NCBI GenBank assembly: GCA_035454645.1
Contig: DATIGR010000261.1
Coordinates: 1-51,037, forward strand
Reading direction: 5' to 3'
DNA: 51,037 bases
Origin: Burkholderiales bacterium
Lineage (GTDB): Bacteria > Pseudomonadota > Gammaproteobacteria > Burkholderiales > SG8-39
Shown piece after piece: positions 1-13,069 of this stretch. Both the position numbers and the translations under genes were made by a program. Each line of letters begins with the position of its first letter. Position 1 is the stretch's first letter. The notes beneath the pieces are model-generated. The model ran no database searches, had not been told where the DNA came from, and saw only the letters and a list, made by a program, of their open reading frames with translations.

Positions 1-4701
<4,701 letters not shown>

Positions 4702-4790
4702 GCGGCGTGAAAGGCCGCAGATGATAAGTGCAAACGAGCGGGCGCTTCAACCACCCAGCACGGGTGTGAAAAAATGCGGGGGGAGAGCGG

Positions 4791-5249
4791 CTAGCTCGCG
4801 AGGCGAGCGTGCGGCGCGGAAAAAAGCTCCTCCGCAACCAGCCGGCTGGTCGGCGTCTGCTGGTTCCACAGCACCATCAGCACCACGAGCTTCAGCTGCT
4901 CGAGGTTGAGCGTCTCGCCGGACGCGGCGAGCGCGCGCTCGATCACCAGCTCGCGCGTCTCCGCGCTGAGGATGCCGGAGTGCTCGAGGGTCAGCAGGAA
5001 GCCGCGGCACTCGGCGTCGAGCTTCGCGAGCTCGCGCGGCGCATAGGCGCGGAAGCTCGAGCGCGCGTCGGGCAGGGGCTCGTGCACGCCGCCCGGCGCG
5101 GGCGCCATTCCGGCGAGCCAGTGCAGCGCCTCGCTGATGTCCGAGTCCTCGAAGCCGGCCGCCGACAGCTTCTTCGCCACGCGTTCCCGATCGTAGGCGA
5201 GCTCGGCCTGCTGGCAGTTCTCGAACAGGAAAACGAGGATGTCGTACAT
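4791..5249 (-). CDS. smg: Smg protein (DUF494)
   Basis: 152 aa. MYDILVFLFENCQQAELAYDRERVAKKLSAAGFEDSDISEALHWL is a typical Smg N-terminus. Conserved position after dprA. Confidence 0.9.
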   Translation of the reverse strand: MYDILVFLFENCQQAELAYDRERVAKKLSAAGFEDSDISEALHWLAGMAPAPGGVHEPLPDARSSFRAYAPRELAKLDAECRGFLLTLEHSGILSAETRELVIERALAASGETLNLEQLKLVVLMVLWNQQTPTSRLVAEELFSAPHARLAS

Positions 5250-5289
5250 GGTTCTCCTTTTTCTTATAACGCGACGAAGGGGATTGCGT

Positions 5290-6390
5290 TTACCTGCGTT
5301 GGCTTTTCTCCAGCCGTTGGTAAAGCCCGCCGGGGAGCGCCGCCACCCGGCCGTCGAGCTCGAGTCGCAACAGCTCGGAGGACACCTGCTCAGCCGACAT
5401 CCCCGCGCGCGAGCACAGTGAATCGACGTCGACGGGGTCGTGTCCCATGTGAGCGAGCAGGCCGGACTCCTGGGCCGAAGAGGGCTCCTTGGTGGTGGAC
5501 GCGAACGCGCTCGGCCGGAACCCGGCGAGCTCGGTAAGCACGTCCTCGGCCGATTCGACGAGCTTGGCGCCGGACTTGATGAGCGCGTGGCAGCCCTTGG
5601 AGAGCGGCGAATGAATCGAGCCCGGAATCGCGAATACCTCGCGACCCTGCTCGGCCGCGGCGCGCGCGGTGATCAGCGAGCCTGATGCGAGCGCGGCTTC
5701 GACCACTAGGCAACCGCGCGCCAGGCCGCTGATCAGACGGTTGCGACGCGGGAAATTCTGTGCCGCCGGCGCGGTGCCGAGCGGGAACTCGGTGAGGAGC
5801 AGGCCGCGTTCGGCGATCTGTGCAGCGAGCGCCGCGTTGCGGCTCGGGTAGGCAACGTCCACGCCCGTGCCGAGTACCGCGATGGTAGAGGCGGCCCCGG
5901 CAAGTCCGCCGCGATGCGCTGCGGCGTCGATGCCGAGCGCCAGACCTGACACGATGGTCAGCCCCGCGTCGCTCAGCGCCCTTGCCATTGACTCGGCATT
6001 CGCTTCGCCCTGCTGCGTGGCGTTGCGGCTGCCAACGATGGCGAGCGCCGGCCCGGCGAGGAGCTCGGTGCGGCCATGCGCATAGAGCAAGGCGGGCGGG
6101 TCGGGAATCTCGAGCAACAGCCGGGGATAAGTCTCGTCGGCGAGCGTTACGATCGAGCAGCCGGGCTGCCCCGCCCACGCGAGGGAGCGGGCTACCGCCT
6201 GGCCTATCGCCTCGGAGTCGAGCGCAGCGAGCGCGGCCGGGGTGATGAAGGAAGCGAGCTCGGCGCGCTTTTTGGCGAGAACCGCCTGTGGCAGGCCGAA
6301 CTGCCGAAGAATGCGCTGGAGGGTTGCCGGACCGAGACCCGGGGTCAGGGCCAGCTGCAGCCAGCTCGCAAGCCCCGGGTCGGGATTCAC
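5290..6390 (-). CDS. dprA: DNA-processing protein DprA (Smf)
   Basis: 366 aa. Rossmann-like core AIVGSRNATQQGEANAESMARALSDAGLTIVSGLALGIDAAAHRGGL. Divergent from def-fmt, as in many proteobacteria. Confidence 0.92.
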   Translation of the reverse strand: MNPDPGLASWLQLALTPGLGPATLQRILRQFGLPQAVLAKKRAELASFITPAALAALDSEAIGQAVARSLAWAGQPGCSIVTLADETYPRLLLEIPDPPALLYAHGRTELLAGPALAIVGSRNATQQGEANAESMARALSDAGLTIVSGLALGIDAAAHRGGLAGAASTIAVLGTGVDVAYPSRNAALAAQIAERGLLLTEFPLGTAPAAQNFPRRNRLISGLARGCLVVEAALASGSLITARAAAEQGREVFAIPGSIHSPLSKGCHALIKSGAKLVESAEDVLTELAGFRPSAFASTTKEPSSAQESGLLAHMGHDPVDVDSLCSRAGMSAEQVSSELLRLELDGRVAALPGGLYQRLEKSQRR

Positions 6391-6396
6391 TTCTTG

Positions 6397-7581
6397 TTAC
6401 GGCGTCTGCACCACATCGAGCGGGCTGACCGGCCTCGTGACCTGCATGATGAGCGCGTAGGATATCCGGTCGAACACCCGGAACACAAACGCGAGTCCGG
6501 CGCGCTCGTCGGGCAGCTGGATGAGAGCATCGGGGGCGTTTCGCGGCTTGCTCGTGTCGCGTACCGTTCCGCCGCGGTTATAGAGCGCGAGCACGTGGCC
6601 GACTTCGAGGCCATCGGCCTTGCCGCGGTTGATGCTGATGATCGACATCGGACCGGCCTCGCCGACCTGCGCCACGCCGCCGTAGATTGCGATCACGCGC
6701 CCCTTGATCTGCGCACCCGGCGCATGCGGCGCATAGTTCACGGGCTGCGGGCGTCCCGCGGCGATCAGCTTGTCACCGGCCTGCACTTCCTGCACCGCAC
6801 TGGTCAGTACCACCGTCGCCGGCTCGCCGGGCCGCGTGAGCTGCGCGGTGCCGAGATAGATCGCTTCGTACGCGAGGGTCTTGTTGGTGTCGGGATCCAC
6901 CAGCGCAGTGCCCTTGCGATAGACGTACCAGTTTTCGTCCTTGGCAACGCCGATGCCGCGCACGTAGGCGGAGTTTCCGGCCGCGAGCACCACGCGGTCC
7001 TGCTGTGTAGCGATGATCGTCGGCGCTTTCTCGAGACCGTCGGGCTCGATGACCAGCGGCCGTGACAGCCAGGGCTCGATCGCCGACGGTGGAATGCTGG
7101 GAATTTCCTGCTTCGCGAGCGATTCGGCGCGCACTCGAGGACCCAGCTTTACAGTGCCGGGTGCCACTCCCGGCGTCACCCCGGGCGTCACTCCCGGCGT
7201 CACCCCCGGTGCCACCCCCGGCGCAACCCCCGGTGCTCCGGGTTCCCCCGGTGCCCCGGGCTTCGCCTCGGTCCCGGGAGGCGCGATCGTGAGCCGCGCG
7301 CGATCGCGGTCGAGCAGAATGACGTACCCCGGATAGATGAGGTGGGGGTTGCGGATCTGCTCCCGGTTCATGTTCCAAAGCTCCGGCCAGCGCCAGGGGG
7401 AGTCGGTGTAGCGCTCGGAGATGCCCCAGAGGGTGTCGCCAGGGACGACCACATACTGGTCGGGGGCGTCGGGCTTGATCGTGAGCGGTGCCGAAGCGGG
7501 CGCTCCGGGCACTTGCGCGCCAGCGCTCGCGGAGACCAAGAAAGCGAGCGCTATGATAGACTTACAGACTTGCTGGACCAT
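6397..7581 (-). CDS. LysM peptidoglycan-binding domain protein, secreted, with a (P-G-V-A/T)n low-complexity linker
   Basis: I moved the start from the track position 7650 to the ATG at 7581. This gives MVQQVCKSIIALAFLVSASAGAQ, a signal peptide. LysM motif YVVVPGDTLWGISERY. The track's upstream extension has no signal-peptide logic. Confidence 0.8.
   Translation of the reverse strand: MVQQVCKSIIALAFLVSASAGAQVPGAPASAPLTIKPDAPDQYVVVPGDTLWGISERYTDSPWRWPELWNMNREQIRNPHLIYPGYVILLDRDRARLTIAPPGTEAKPGAPGEPGAPGVAPGVAPGVTPGVTPGVTPGVAPGTVKLGPRVRAESLAKQEIPSIPPSAIEPWLSRPLVIEPDGLEKAPTIIATQQDRVVLAAGNSAYVRGIGVAKDENWYVYRKGTALVDPDTNKTLAYEAIYLGTAQLTRPGEPATVVLTSAVQEVQAGDKLIAAGRPQPVNYAPHAPGAQIKGRVIAIYGGVAQVGEAGPMSIISINRGKADGLEVGHVLALYNRGGTVRDTSKPRNAPDALIQLPDERAGLAFVFRVFDRISYALIMQVTRPVSPLDVVQTP
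7155..7265 (-). repeat. Imperfect 12-bp tandem repeat (about 8-9 units) inside the LysM gene, encoding PGAPGEPGAPGVAPGVAPGVTPGVTPGVTPGVAPG
   Basis: Read directly. The plus strand shows cccggcgtcac / cccgggcgtcac / tcccggcgtcac / ccccggtgccac / ccccggcgcaac ... with a 12-nt period. Confidence 0.85.
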
Positions 7582-7711
7582 GGCGATCCGTCCCTTTCGC
7601 GATTCCTGGACCGGCTGGAAATTCGTTTTTTCCACCCCAATGTAGCACAAAGGTTGGATTGCTTATACGCTGCCTGAGATTGTCCACATAATCCATTCAA
7701 TTGCAAGTGAA

Positions 7712-8215
7712 ATGGCCCGTTTGAACATACTTCGGTACCCCGACGCCCGCCTGCACAAGGCAGCCGCACAGGTCACCGTTTTCGATGACAGCCTGAAGCG
7801 GCTGGTCGCCGACATGGCAGAGACCATGTACGCGGCACCCGGCATCGGGCTCGCGGCAATCCAGGTCGACGTTCCCAAGCAGGTGATCGTGGTGGACGTT
7901 TCCGAGCGCCGTGATTCGCTGGTCGTTCTGGTCAATCCCGAAATCCTGGAGTCGACCGGCGTCTCCGACATTGAAGAGGGCTGCCTTTCGGTTCCCGGCA
8001 TCTATGAGTTGGTCGAGCGAGCCGAGCGCGTGAAGGTGCGCGCCTACGATCAGAACGGCCATCCGTTTACGCTGGAAGCGCAAGGCTTACTCGCGGTGTG
8101 CATCCAGCACGAGATGGACCATCTGAAAGGCAAGGTTTTCGTCGAGCACCTGTCGCAGCTCAAGCAGCAGCGCATTCGCGCCAAGCTCGCCAAGCAGCAG
8201 CGCAAGTCGGCCTGA
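7712..8215 (+). CDS. def: Peptide deformylase
   Basis: 167 aa. The three Def motifs are present: [17 protein letters not shown] and QHEMDHL. Confidence 0.96.
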   Translation: MARLNILRYPDARLHKAAAQVTVFDDSLKRLVADMAETMYAAPGIGLAAIQVDVPKQVIVVDVSERRDSLVVLVNPEILESTGVSDIEEGCLSVPGIYELVERAERVKVRAYDQNGHPFTLEAQGLLAVCIQHEMDHLKGKVFVEHLSQLKQQRIRAKLAKQQRKSA

Positions 8216-8227
8216 TCGTTCCGCTTC

Positions 8228-9148
8228 CTGCGCCTAGTCTTCGCCGGCACGCCCGAATTCGCTGAGCGAGTGCTGGCGGGCCTCGTGGACGCGGGTCACG
8301 AGGTGGCGCTGGTTCTCACGCAGCCCGACCGTCCCGCCGGCCGGGGACTGCGGCCCCTGGAAAGTGCAGTGAAGCGCTTCGCAGCCGCGCGGGCGATCCC
8401 CGTCGTCCAGCCCCGCAGCTTGAAAGGCGCGCCGGAACTCGAAAAGGTTCGCGCCGTGCGGCCGGATGCGCTTGTGGTGGCGGCGTACGGCCTGCTCCTT
8501 CCGCCCCCGCTCCTTGAGGCGGGACGCCACGGCGCGCTCAACGTGCACGCCTCGCTCTTGCCGCGCTGGCGCGGCGCGGCGCCGATCCAGCGCGCCCTGC
8601 TCGCCGGGGACGCGGAGACCGGGATTTCCATCATGCAGATGGATGCAGGTCTCGATACCGGCGCGGTGCTGCTGCAGCGGCGTATCCCGATCGGGCCCGA
8701 CGATGACGCGGGCACGCTGCACGACAAGCTGGCCGCGCTCGGCGCCAACGCGATCGTCGCTGCGCTCGCCGACCTGGCAGCCGGGCGCGCACGGGCAAGC
8801 CCGCAACCCGAGGCCGGAGTGACCTACGCCGCCAAGATCGACAAAGCCGAGACCCGGCTTGCCTGGGCCCGGCCGGCCCTCGAGCTCGAGCGCGTAGTGC
8901 GCGCTTTCCGGCCCGCGCCGGGTGCGTTTGCCGTGCTCGACGGCGAGCCGGTGAAGATCTGGCGCGCCGAGGTGCTCGACGCCGAGGGCGAGCCCGGAAC
9001 GCTCCGCGTCTTTGACGGCAAGCTGGTCGTAGCGTGCGGCGAGCAAGCGCTCGCGATCGCGCAGTTGCAACGCGCCGGCGGGCGGGCGCTGAGCGCAGCC
9101 GAGTTCTTGCGCGGCCGGCCGTTGTCTCCCGGCGCCCGCTTCGCTTGA
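8228..9148 (+). CDS. fmt: Methionyl-tRNA formyltransferase, with a probable non-canonical CTG start
   Basis: The track ORF starts at GTG 8270. However, the conserved Fmt N-terminus (L)RLVFAGTPEFAERVL is encoded in the same frame at 8228-8269. Between the def stop (8213-8215) and 8270 there is no ATG, GTG or TTG. CTG at 8228 aligns with the usual M-R-(I/L)-V-F-A-G-T-P start. Downstream, QPDRPAGRG is present. Confidence 0.85.
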   Translation: MRLVFAGTPEFAERVLAGLVDAGHEVALVLTQPDRPAGRGLRPLESAVKRFAAARAIPVVQPRSLKGAPELEKVRAVRPDALVVAAYGLLLPPPLLEAGRHGALNVHASLLPRWRGAAPIQRALLAGDAETGISIMQMDAGLDTGAVLLQRRIPIGPDDDAGTLHDKLAALGANAIVAALADLAAGRARASPQPEAGVTYAAKIDKAETRLAWARPALELERVVRAFRPAPGAFAVLDGEPVKIWRAEVLDAEGEPGTLRVFDGKLVVACGEQALAIAQLQRAGGRALSAAEFLRGRPLSPGARFA

Positions 9149-10425
9149 GCGCACTTGCCGCGGCGCTGCGCGACTCGGCCAGCGTCGTCGCGCGCGTGGC
9201 CGCCGGCGCGAGCCTGGCGGCGGAATTCGAGCGCTTTGGCGACGAAGGAGCGCCGACCCCGCGCGCAGTACTGATCGATCTCACGCACGGAACGTTGCGG
9301 CGTTATGGACGCGTGCAGGCGATCGTGCGCGAGCTCTCTCATCGCGGGCGCGGGGACGCGACCGTCGAGGCGCTGCTCTGGTGCTCGCTCTACGCGCTCG
9401 AATCGGGGCGCTACACCGATTACACGGTGGTCGACCAAGCGGTGCGCGCCTGCAGTGCCCTAGAACGCTGGAGCGCGAAGGGCTATGTCAACGCCCTACT
9501 GCGCAGCTACCTGCGTCAACGCGCGTCGCTCGAAGCACGCATCCAGGCGGATCCGGAAGCCCGCTATCAGCATCCGCGCTGGTGGATCGAGCTGGTGCGG
9601 CGGGCGTACCCGGCGCAGTGGGGCGCGGTGCTCGCCTCTGGAAACGGGCATCCGCCGATGAGCCTGCGCGTGAACCGGCGCCGGTGCACGGTCGAAGAAT
9701 ACGAGCGCAAGCTCGAGGCGGAGGGCATGGCTTCGCATCGGATCGGGGATCCTGGTCTCCGGCTGGAGCGTCCGGTGCCGGTTGAGCGGCTGCCCGGATT
9801 CGCCGACGGCGAAGTCTCGGTGCAGGATGCCGGCGCCCAGCGCGCGGCGCGCTGCCTGGAGCTCGCCTCCGGCCAGCGCGTGCTCGATGCGTGCGCCGCG
9901 CCAGGAGGCAAGGCCGGCCATATCCTGGAAACGGCGCAGGTAGAGCTCACCGCGCTCGAAGCCGATGCCGGGCGCTGCACAAGGCTCGAGCACAATCTGG
10001 CGCGTCTCGGGCTCGCCGCGCGCCTGATCAGCGCGGACTGCACGCAGCCCCGGGAATGGTGGGACGGTGTCCCGTTCGATCGGATACTCGCCGATGTTCC
10101 GTGCACGGGATCAGGGGTCGCGCGACGTTATCCGGACATCAAGTGGCTGCGACGCAGCGCCGATGTCGCCGCCTATGCAGCGCGCCAGGCGTCGATCCTC
10201 GACACGCTTTGGCAGGTGCTTCGCCCCGATGGTAAATTGCTGTATGCCACCTGTTCGGTGTTTCCGCAGGAGAACGACGCGGTGATCGAGGCATTCGTCG
10301 CACGTCAGCGCGCCGCCGGCGCTCGCGCCGTTCGCGTGCCGCTCCCGGATGGCGGCGCGCCGCAGGGGCTGCCCGACGCGGAGCGCGACGGGTTCTTCTA
10401 CGCGCTGATCCACAAGCAAGCCTAA
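9145..10425 (+). CDS. rsmB: 16S rRNA (cytosine967-C5)-methyltransferase RsmB
   Basis: SAM methyltransferase motifs are present: VLDACAAPGGKAGH, DRILADVPCTGSGVARRYPDIKW and LLYATCSV. I prefer TTG 9145, which overlaps the fmt stop as TTGA and gives 426 aa. The track start at 9034 would overlap fmt by 115 nt and encodes an Arg-rich stretch that looks non-coding. Confidence 0.85.
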   Translation: MSALAAALRDSASVVARVAAGASLAAEFERFGDEGAPTPRAVLIDLTHGTLRRYGRVQAIVRELSHRGRGDATVEALLWCSLYALESGRYTDYTVVDQAVRACSALERWSAKGYVNALLRSYLRQRASLEARIQADPEARYQHPRWWIELVRRAYPAQWGAVLASGNGHPPMSLRVNRRRCTVEEYERKLEAEGMASHRIGDPGLRLERPVPVERLPGFADGEVSVQDAGAQRAARCLELASGQRVLDACAAPGGKAGHILETAQVELTALEADAGRCTRLEHNLARLGLAARLISADCTQPREWWDGVPFDRILADVPCTGSGVARRYPDIKWLRRSADVAAYAARQASILDTLWQVLRPDGKLLYATCSVFPQENDAVIEAFVARQRAAGARAVRVPLPDGGAPQGLPDAERDGFFYALIHKQA

Positions 10426-10437
10426 AAGCGACGCGCG

Positions 10438-11004
10438 ATGCGCGGCATCGCCCCAGTCGGCGTGGTGATCGGCGGACTCCTGGTGCTGCTGCTCGCCGCT
10501 GCCCCCGCGCGGGCGCAGGAAATCGAGGTACGCGACGTCGCGCTGCGCGGCGTCGAAGAAGGTCTCGCGCTCGACGTCGATTTCGGCTTCGAGCTCACGC
10601 CGCGCCTCGCCGAGGTCGTGGCAAACGGAGTTCCGCTGTACTTCAGCGTCGAATTCGAGCTGACCCGGCGGCGCTGGTACTGGTTTGACGAGACCGCCGC
10701 TTCGCAGCGCCTGAGCCTGCGGCTGTCCTATCATGCGCTATCGCGGCAGTACCGGCTGTCGACTGGACTGCTTCAGCAGAGCTTTCCGACCCTCGAGGAG
10801 GCGCTCAACGTGCTCCAGCGAGTGCGCAACTGGCGGGTGGTGGACCGCACGGTCCGCCTCTCCGACGCGGACTACGAGGCCGCGGTGCGCATGCGCCTGG
10901 ATACGGCGCTGCTTCCCAAGCCGTTTCAGCTGTCCGCGCTGACCGGCCGGGACCTGCACCTCGAATCGTCCTGGAAGCGCTTCATCGTGCGAGGCCCGCG
11001 GTGA
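10438..11004 (+). CDS. DUF4390 domain protein with signal peptide
   Basis: 188 aa. N-terminal signal MRGIAPVGVVIGGLLVLLLAAAPARAQE. Its position between rsmB and an NtrY-like kinase matches my recollection of the DUF4390 context. Its stop overlaps the kinase start as GTGA. Confidence 0.7.
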   Translation: MRGIAPVGVVIGGLLVLLLAAAPARAQEIEVRDVALRGVEEGLALDVDFGFELTPRLAEVVANGVPLYFSVEFELTRRRWYWFDETAASQRLSLRLSYHALSRQYRLSTGLLQQSFPTLEEALNVLQRVRNWRVVDRTVRLSDADYEAAVRMRLDTALLPKPFQLSALTGRDLHLESSWKRFIVRGPR

Positions 11005-13067
11005 AGTGGCTCGTCATCATCGGCGGCGCCGTCGCGGCGGTGGGCGTATTTCTGCTCGCCACGGCGAGCGCGGACACCACGCTTTTCGCGCGCCACTATC
11101 CGCTGCTGCTCGGGCTGAACGCCGCGCTCGCCGCGCTGCTCGCCGCGCTCGTGGGGACCCAGCTCGTGCTGCTTGCGCGGAAGCTCCGCGCTCGGGTGTT
11201 CGGCGCGCGTCTTACGCTGCGCCTGCTCGCGCGCTTCGCCGCGCTTGCCGTGGTGCCCGGGCTGATCGTGTACGCGGTCTCGGTGCACTTCCTGACACGC
11301 TCGATCGAGTCGTGGTTCGATGTGAAAGTGGACGCCGCGCTCGAAGGCGGAATCAACCTCGGACAGCAAGTGATCGAGCAGATGACGCTCGAGCTGCAGG
11401 GCAAGGCGAACTCGATGGTGCTCGAGCTCGCCGAGCATTCGCCGGGGCAGCTCGCCATTCAGCTCGAGCGCCTGCGCGGCCAGCTCGGCGTCGAGGAGGC
11501 GGTCGTGGTCACCGGCAGCGGCAGGCTGCTTGCGAGCGCCGCGCTGGACGTGGCGAAGCTGGTGCCGGAGCTACCGACCATTCAAGCCCTGCGCCAAGCG
11601 CGTGTGATGCGCGCGTACAGAACGGTGGATGCGACCGTGGGTCGGCCGCTCGCTTTGCGCGTCGTGGTGCCGCTCGATCTGCTCGGCGAGGCGCGCTTCC
11701 TGCAGCTGCGGCAGAGCGTACCGGCGTCGCTTGCACGCAGCGCCGAAGCCGTGGAGGCGGCCTACCGCGATTACCGCGAGCTCGCGATCTCGCGCGAGGG
11801 ACTGAAGCGCATCTACGTGTTCACGCTGAGCTTCGCGCTGCTGATGGCGTTGTTTGTCGCGGTCGCGGTGGCTGCGACGCAAACGGGCCTGCTCGCCGAG
11901 CCGCTCGCCAACCTTGCGCAGGCGACGCAGGCGGTCGCGCGCGGCGATTTCTCGCGCCGCTCGCCGGTCACCAGCCGCGACGAGCTCGGCGTGCTGACCG
12001 AGTCGTTCAACTCGATGACCCGGGAGCTCGAGGAGGCGCGCCGCGGCGTCGAGTCGAACCGGCTCGCGCTCGAAGCGGCGAAGGCGCGGCTCGAGAACAT
12101 CCTCGCCAACATGTCGGCGGGGGTGCTGGTGTTCGACCATGAGCTCGCTTTGTCGCTCTCCAACCACGGCGCCTCGGCGATCCTCGGCAGCGAGCTCGAC
12201 TCGTTTGCCGGCCAGATGCGGGAGCGCTTCGCGGCGCACGGCGAGTCCGACTGGCAGCTCGAACTGCAGTTGAAGAGGACCGGCAAGACCTTGCACACGC
12301 GCGGCTCCCGGCTGCCGCAGGCCACCGGCGGCGGCGCCGTCGTCGTATTCGACGACATCACACGGCTGATCCAGGCGCAGCGCGCGACCGCGTGGGCCGA
12401 GGTCGCGCGGCGCCTCGCGCACGAGATCAAGAACCCTCTGACGCCGATCCAGCTTTCAGCCGAGCGCCTCGAGATGAAGCTTGCCGATCGGCTGTCGCAA
12501 GAGGACGTCGAGACGCTGCGGCGCTCGATCGAGACCATCGTCAACCAAGTCACGGCGCTGAAGGCGATGGTCGACGATTTTCGCGACTACGCGCGCCTGC
12601 CGGCACCGGAGCCCAAGCTGCTCGACCTGAACGCCCTGGTCCGGCAGGTGCTCGCTCTGTACGAGAATTCGACCGTGCCGATCGCCAAGCATCTCGCCGA
12701 GCCCCTGCCGCCCGTGTGGGCCGACGGCGCGCAAATCCGGCAGGTGATCCACAACCTGGTACAGAACGCGCAGGACGCGCTCGAGCACCGCGCCGCGCGC
12801 GCTGCGAGCCCCGCGATCGAGGTTCGTACCGAGCTTGCCGGCGACCGCGTCAGGCTCGCGGTGTCGGATAACGGCGGCGGGTTCCCAGAGGAGCTGATGG
12901 CGCGTATCTTCGAGCCCTACGTTACCACCAAGCCGCGCGGAACCGGCCTCGGCCTCGCGATCGTCAAGAAGATCGTCGACGAGCATCACGGCGCGGTGAC
13001 GATCGAGAACCGGCCGGCGAGCGGCGCATCCGTGAGCGTGCTGCTGCCGCTCGCCAAGGCGGCCTAG
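11001..13067 (+). CDS. ntrY: NtrY-like sensor histidine kinase (TM-HAMP-PAS-HisKA-HATPase)
   Basis: 688 aa. N-terminal TM helices. H-box HEIKNPLTPIQLSAERL, N-box IRQVIHNLVQNAQDA, and G-boxes DNGGGF and GTGLGLAIVKKIV. Confidence 0.88.
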   Translation: MKWLVIIGGAVAAVGVFLLATASADTTLFARHYPLLLGLNAALAALLAALVGTQLVLLARKLRARVFGARLTLRLLARFAALAVVPGLIVYAVSVHFLTRSIESWFDVKVDAALEGGINLGQQVIEQMTLELQGKANSMVLELAEHSPGQLAIQLERLRGQLGVEEAVVVTGSGRLLASAALDVAKLVPELPTIQALRQARVMRAYRTVDATVGRPLALRVVVPLDLLGEARFLQLRQSVPASLARSAEAVEAAYRDYRELAISREGLKRIYVFTLSFALLMALFVAVAVAATQTGLLAEPLANLAQATQAVARGDFSRRSPVTSRDELGVLTESFNSMTRELEEARRGVESNRLALEAAKARLENILANMSAGVLVFDHELALSLSNHGASAILGSELDSFAGQMRERFAAHGESDWQLELQLKRTGKTLHTRGSRLPQATGGGAVVVFDDITRLIQAQRATAWAEVARRLAHEIKNPLTPIQLSAERLEMKLADRLSQEDVETLRRSIETIVNQVTALKAMVDDFRDYARLPAPEPKLLDLNALVRQVLALYENSTVPIAKHLAEPLPPVWADGAQIRQVIHNLVQNAQDALEHRAARAASPAIEVRTELAGDRVRLAVSDNGGGFPEELMARIFEPYVTTKPRGTGLGLAIVKKIVDEHHGAVTIENRPASGASVSVLLPLAKAA

Positions 13068-13069
13068 AG

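Noticed and set aside
9034-9144. Upstream extension of rsmB, overlapping fmt by 115 nt.
   Set aside because: The extension encodes an Arg-rich, non-conserved sequence. TTG 9145 overlaps the fmt stop and gives the expected length of about 426 aa.
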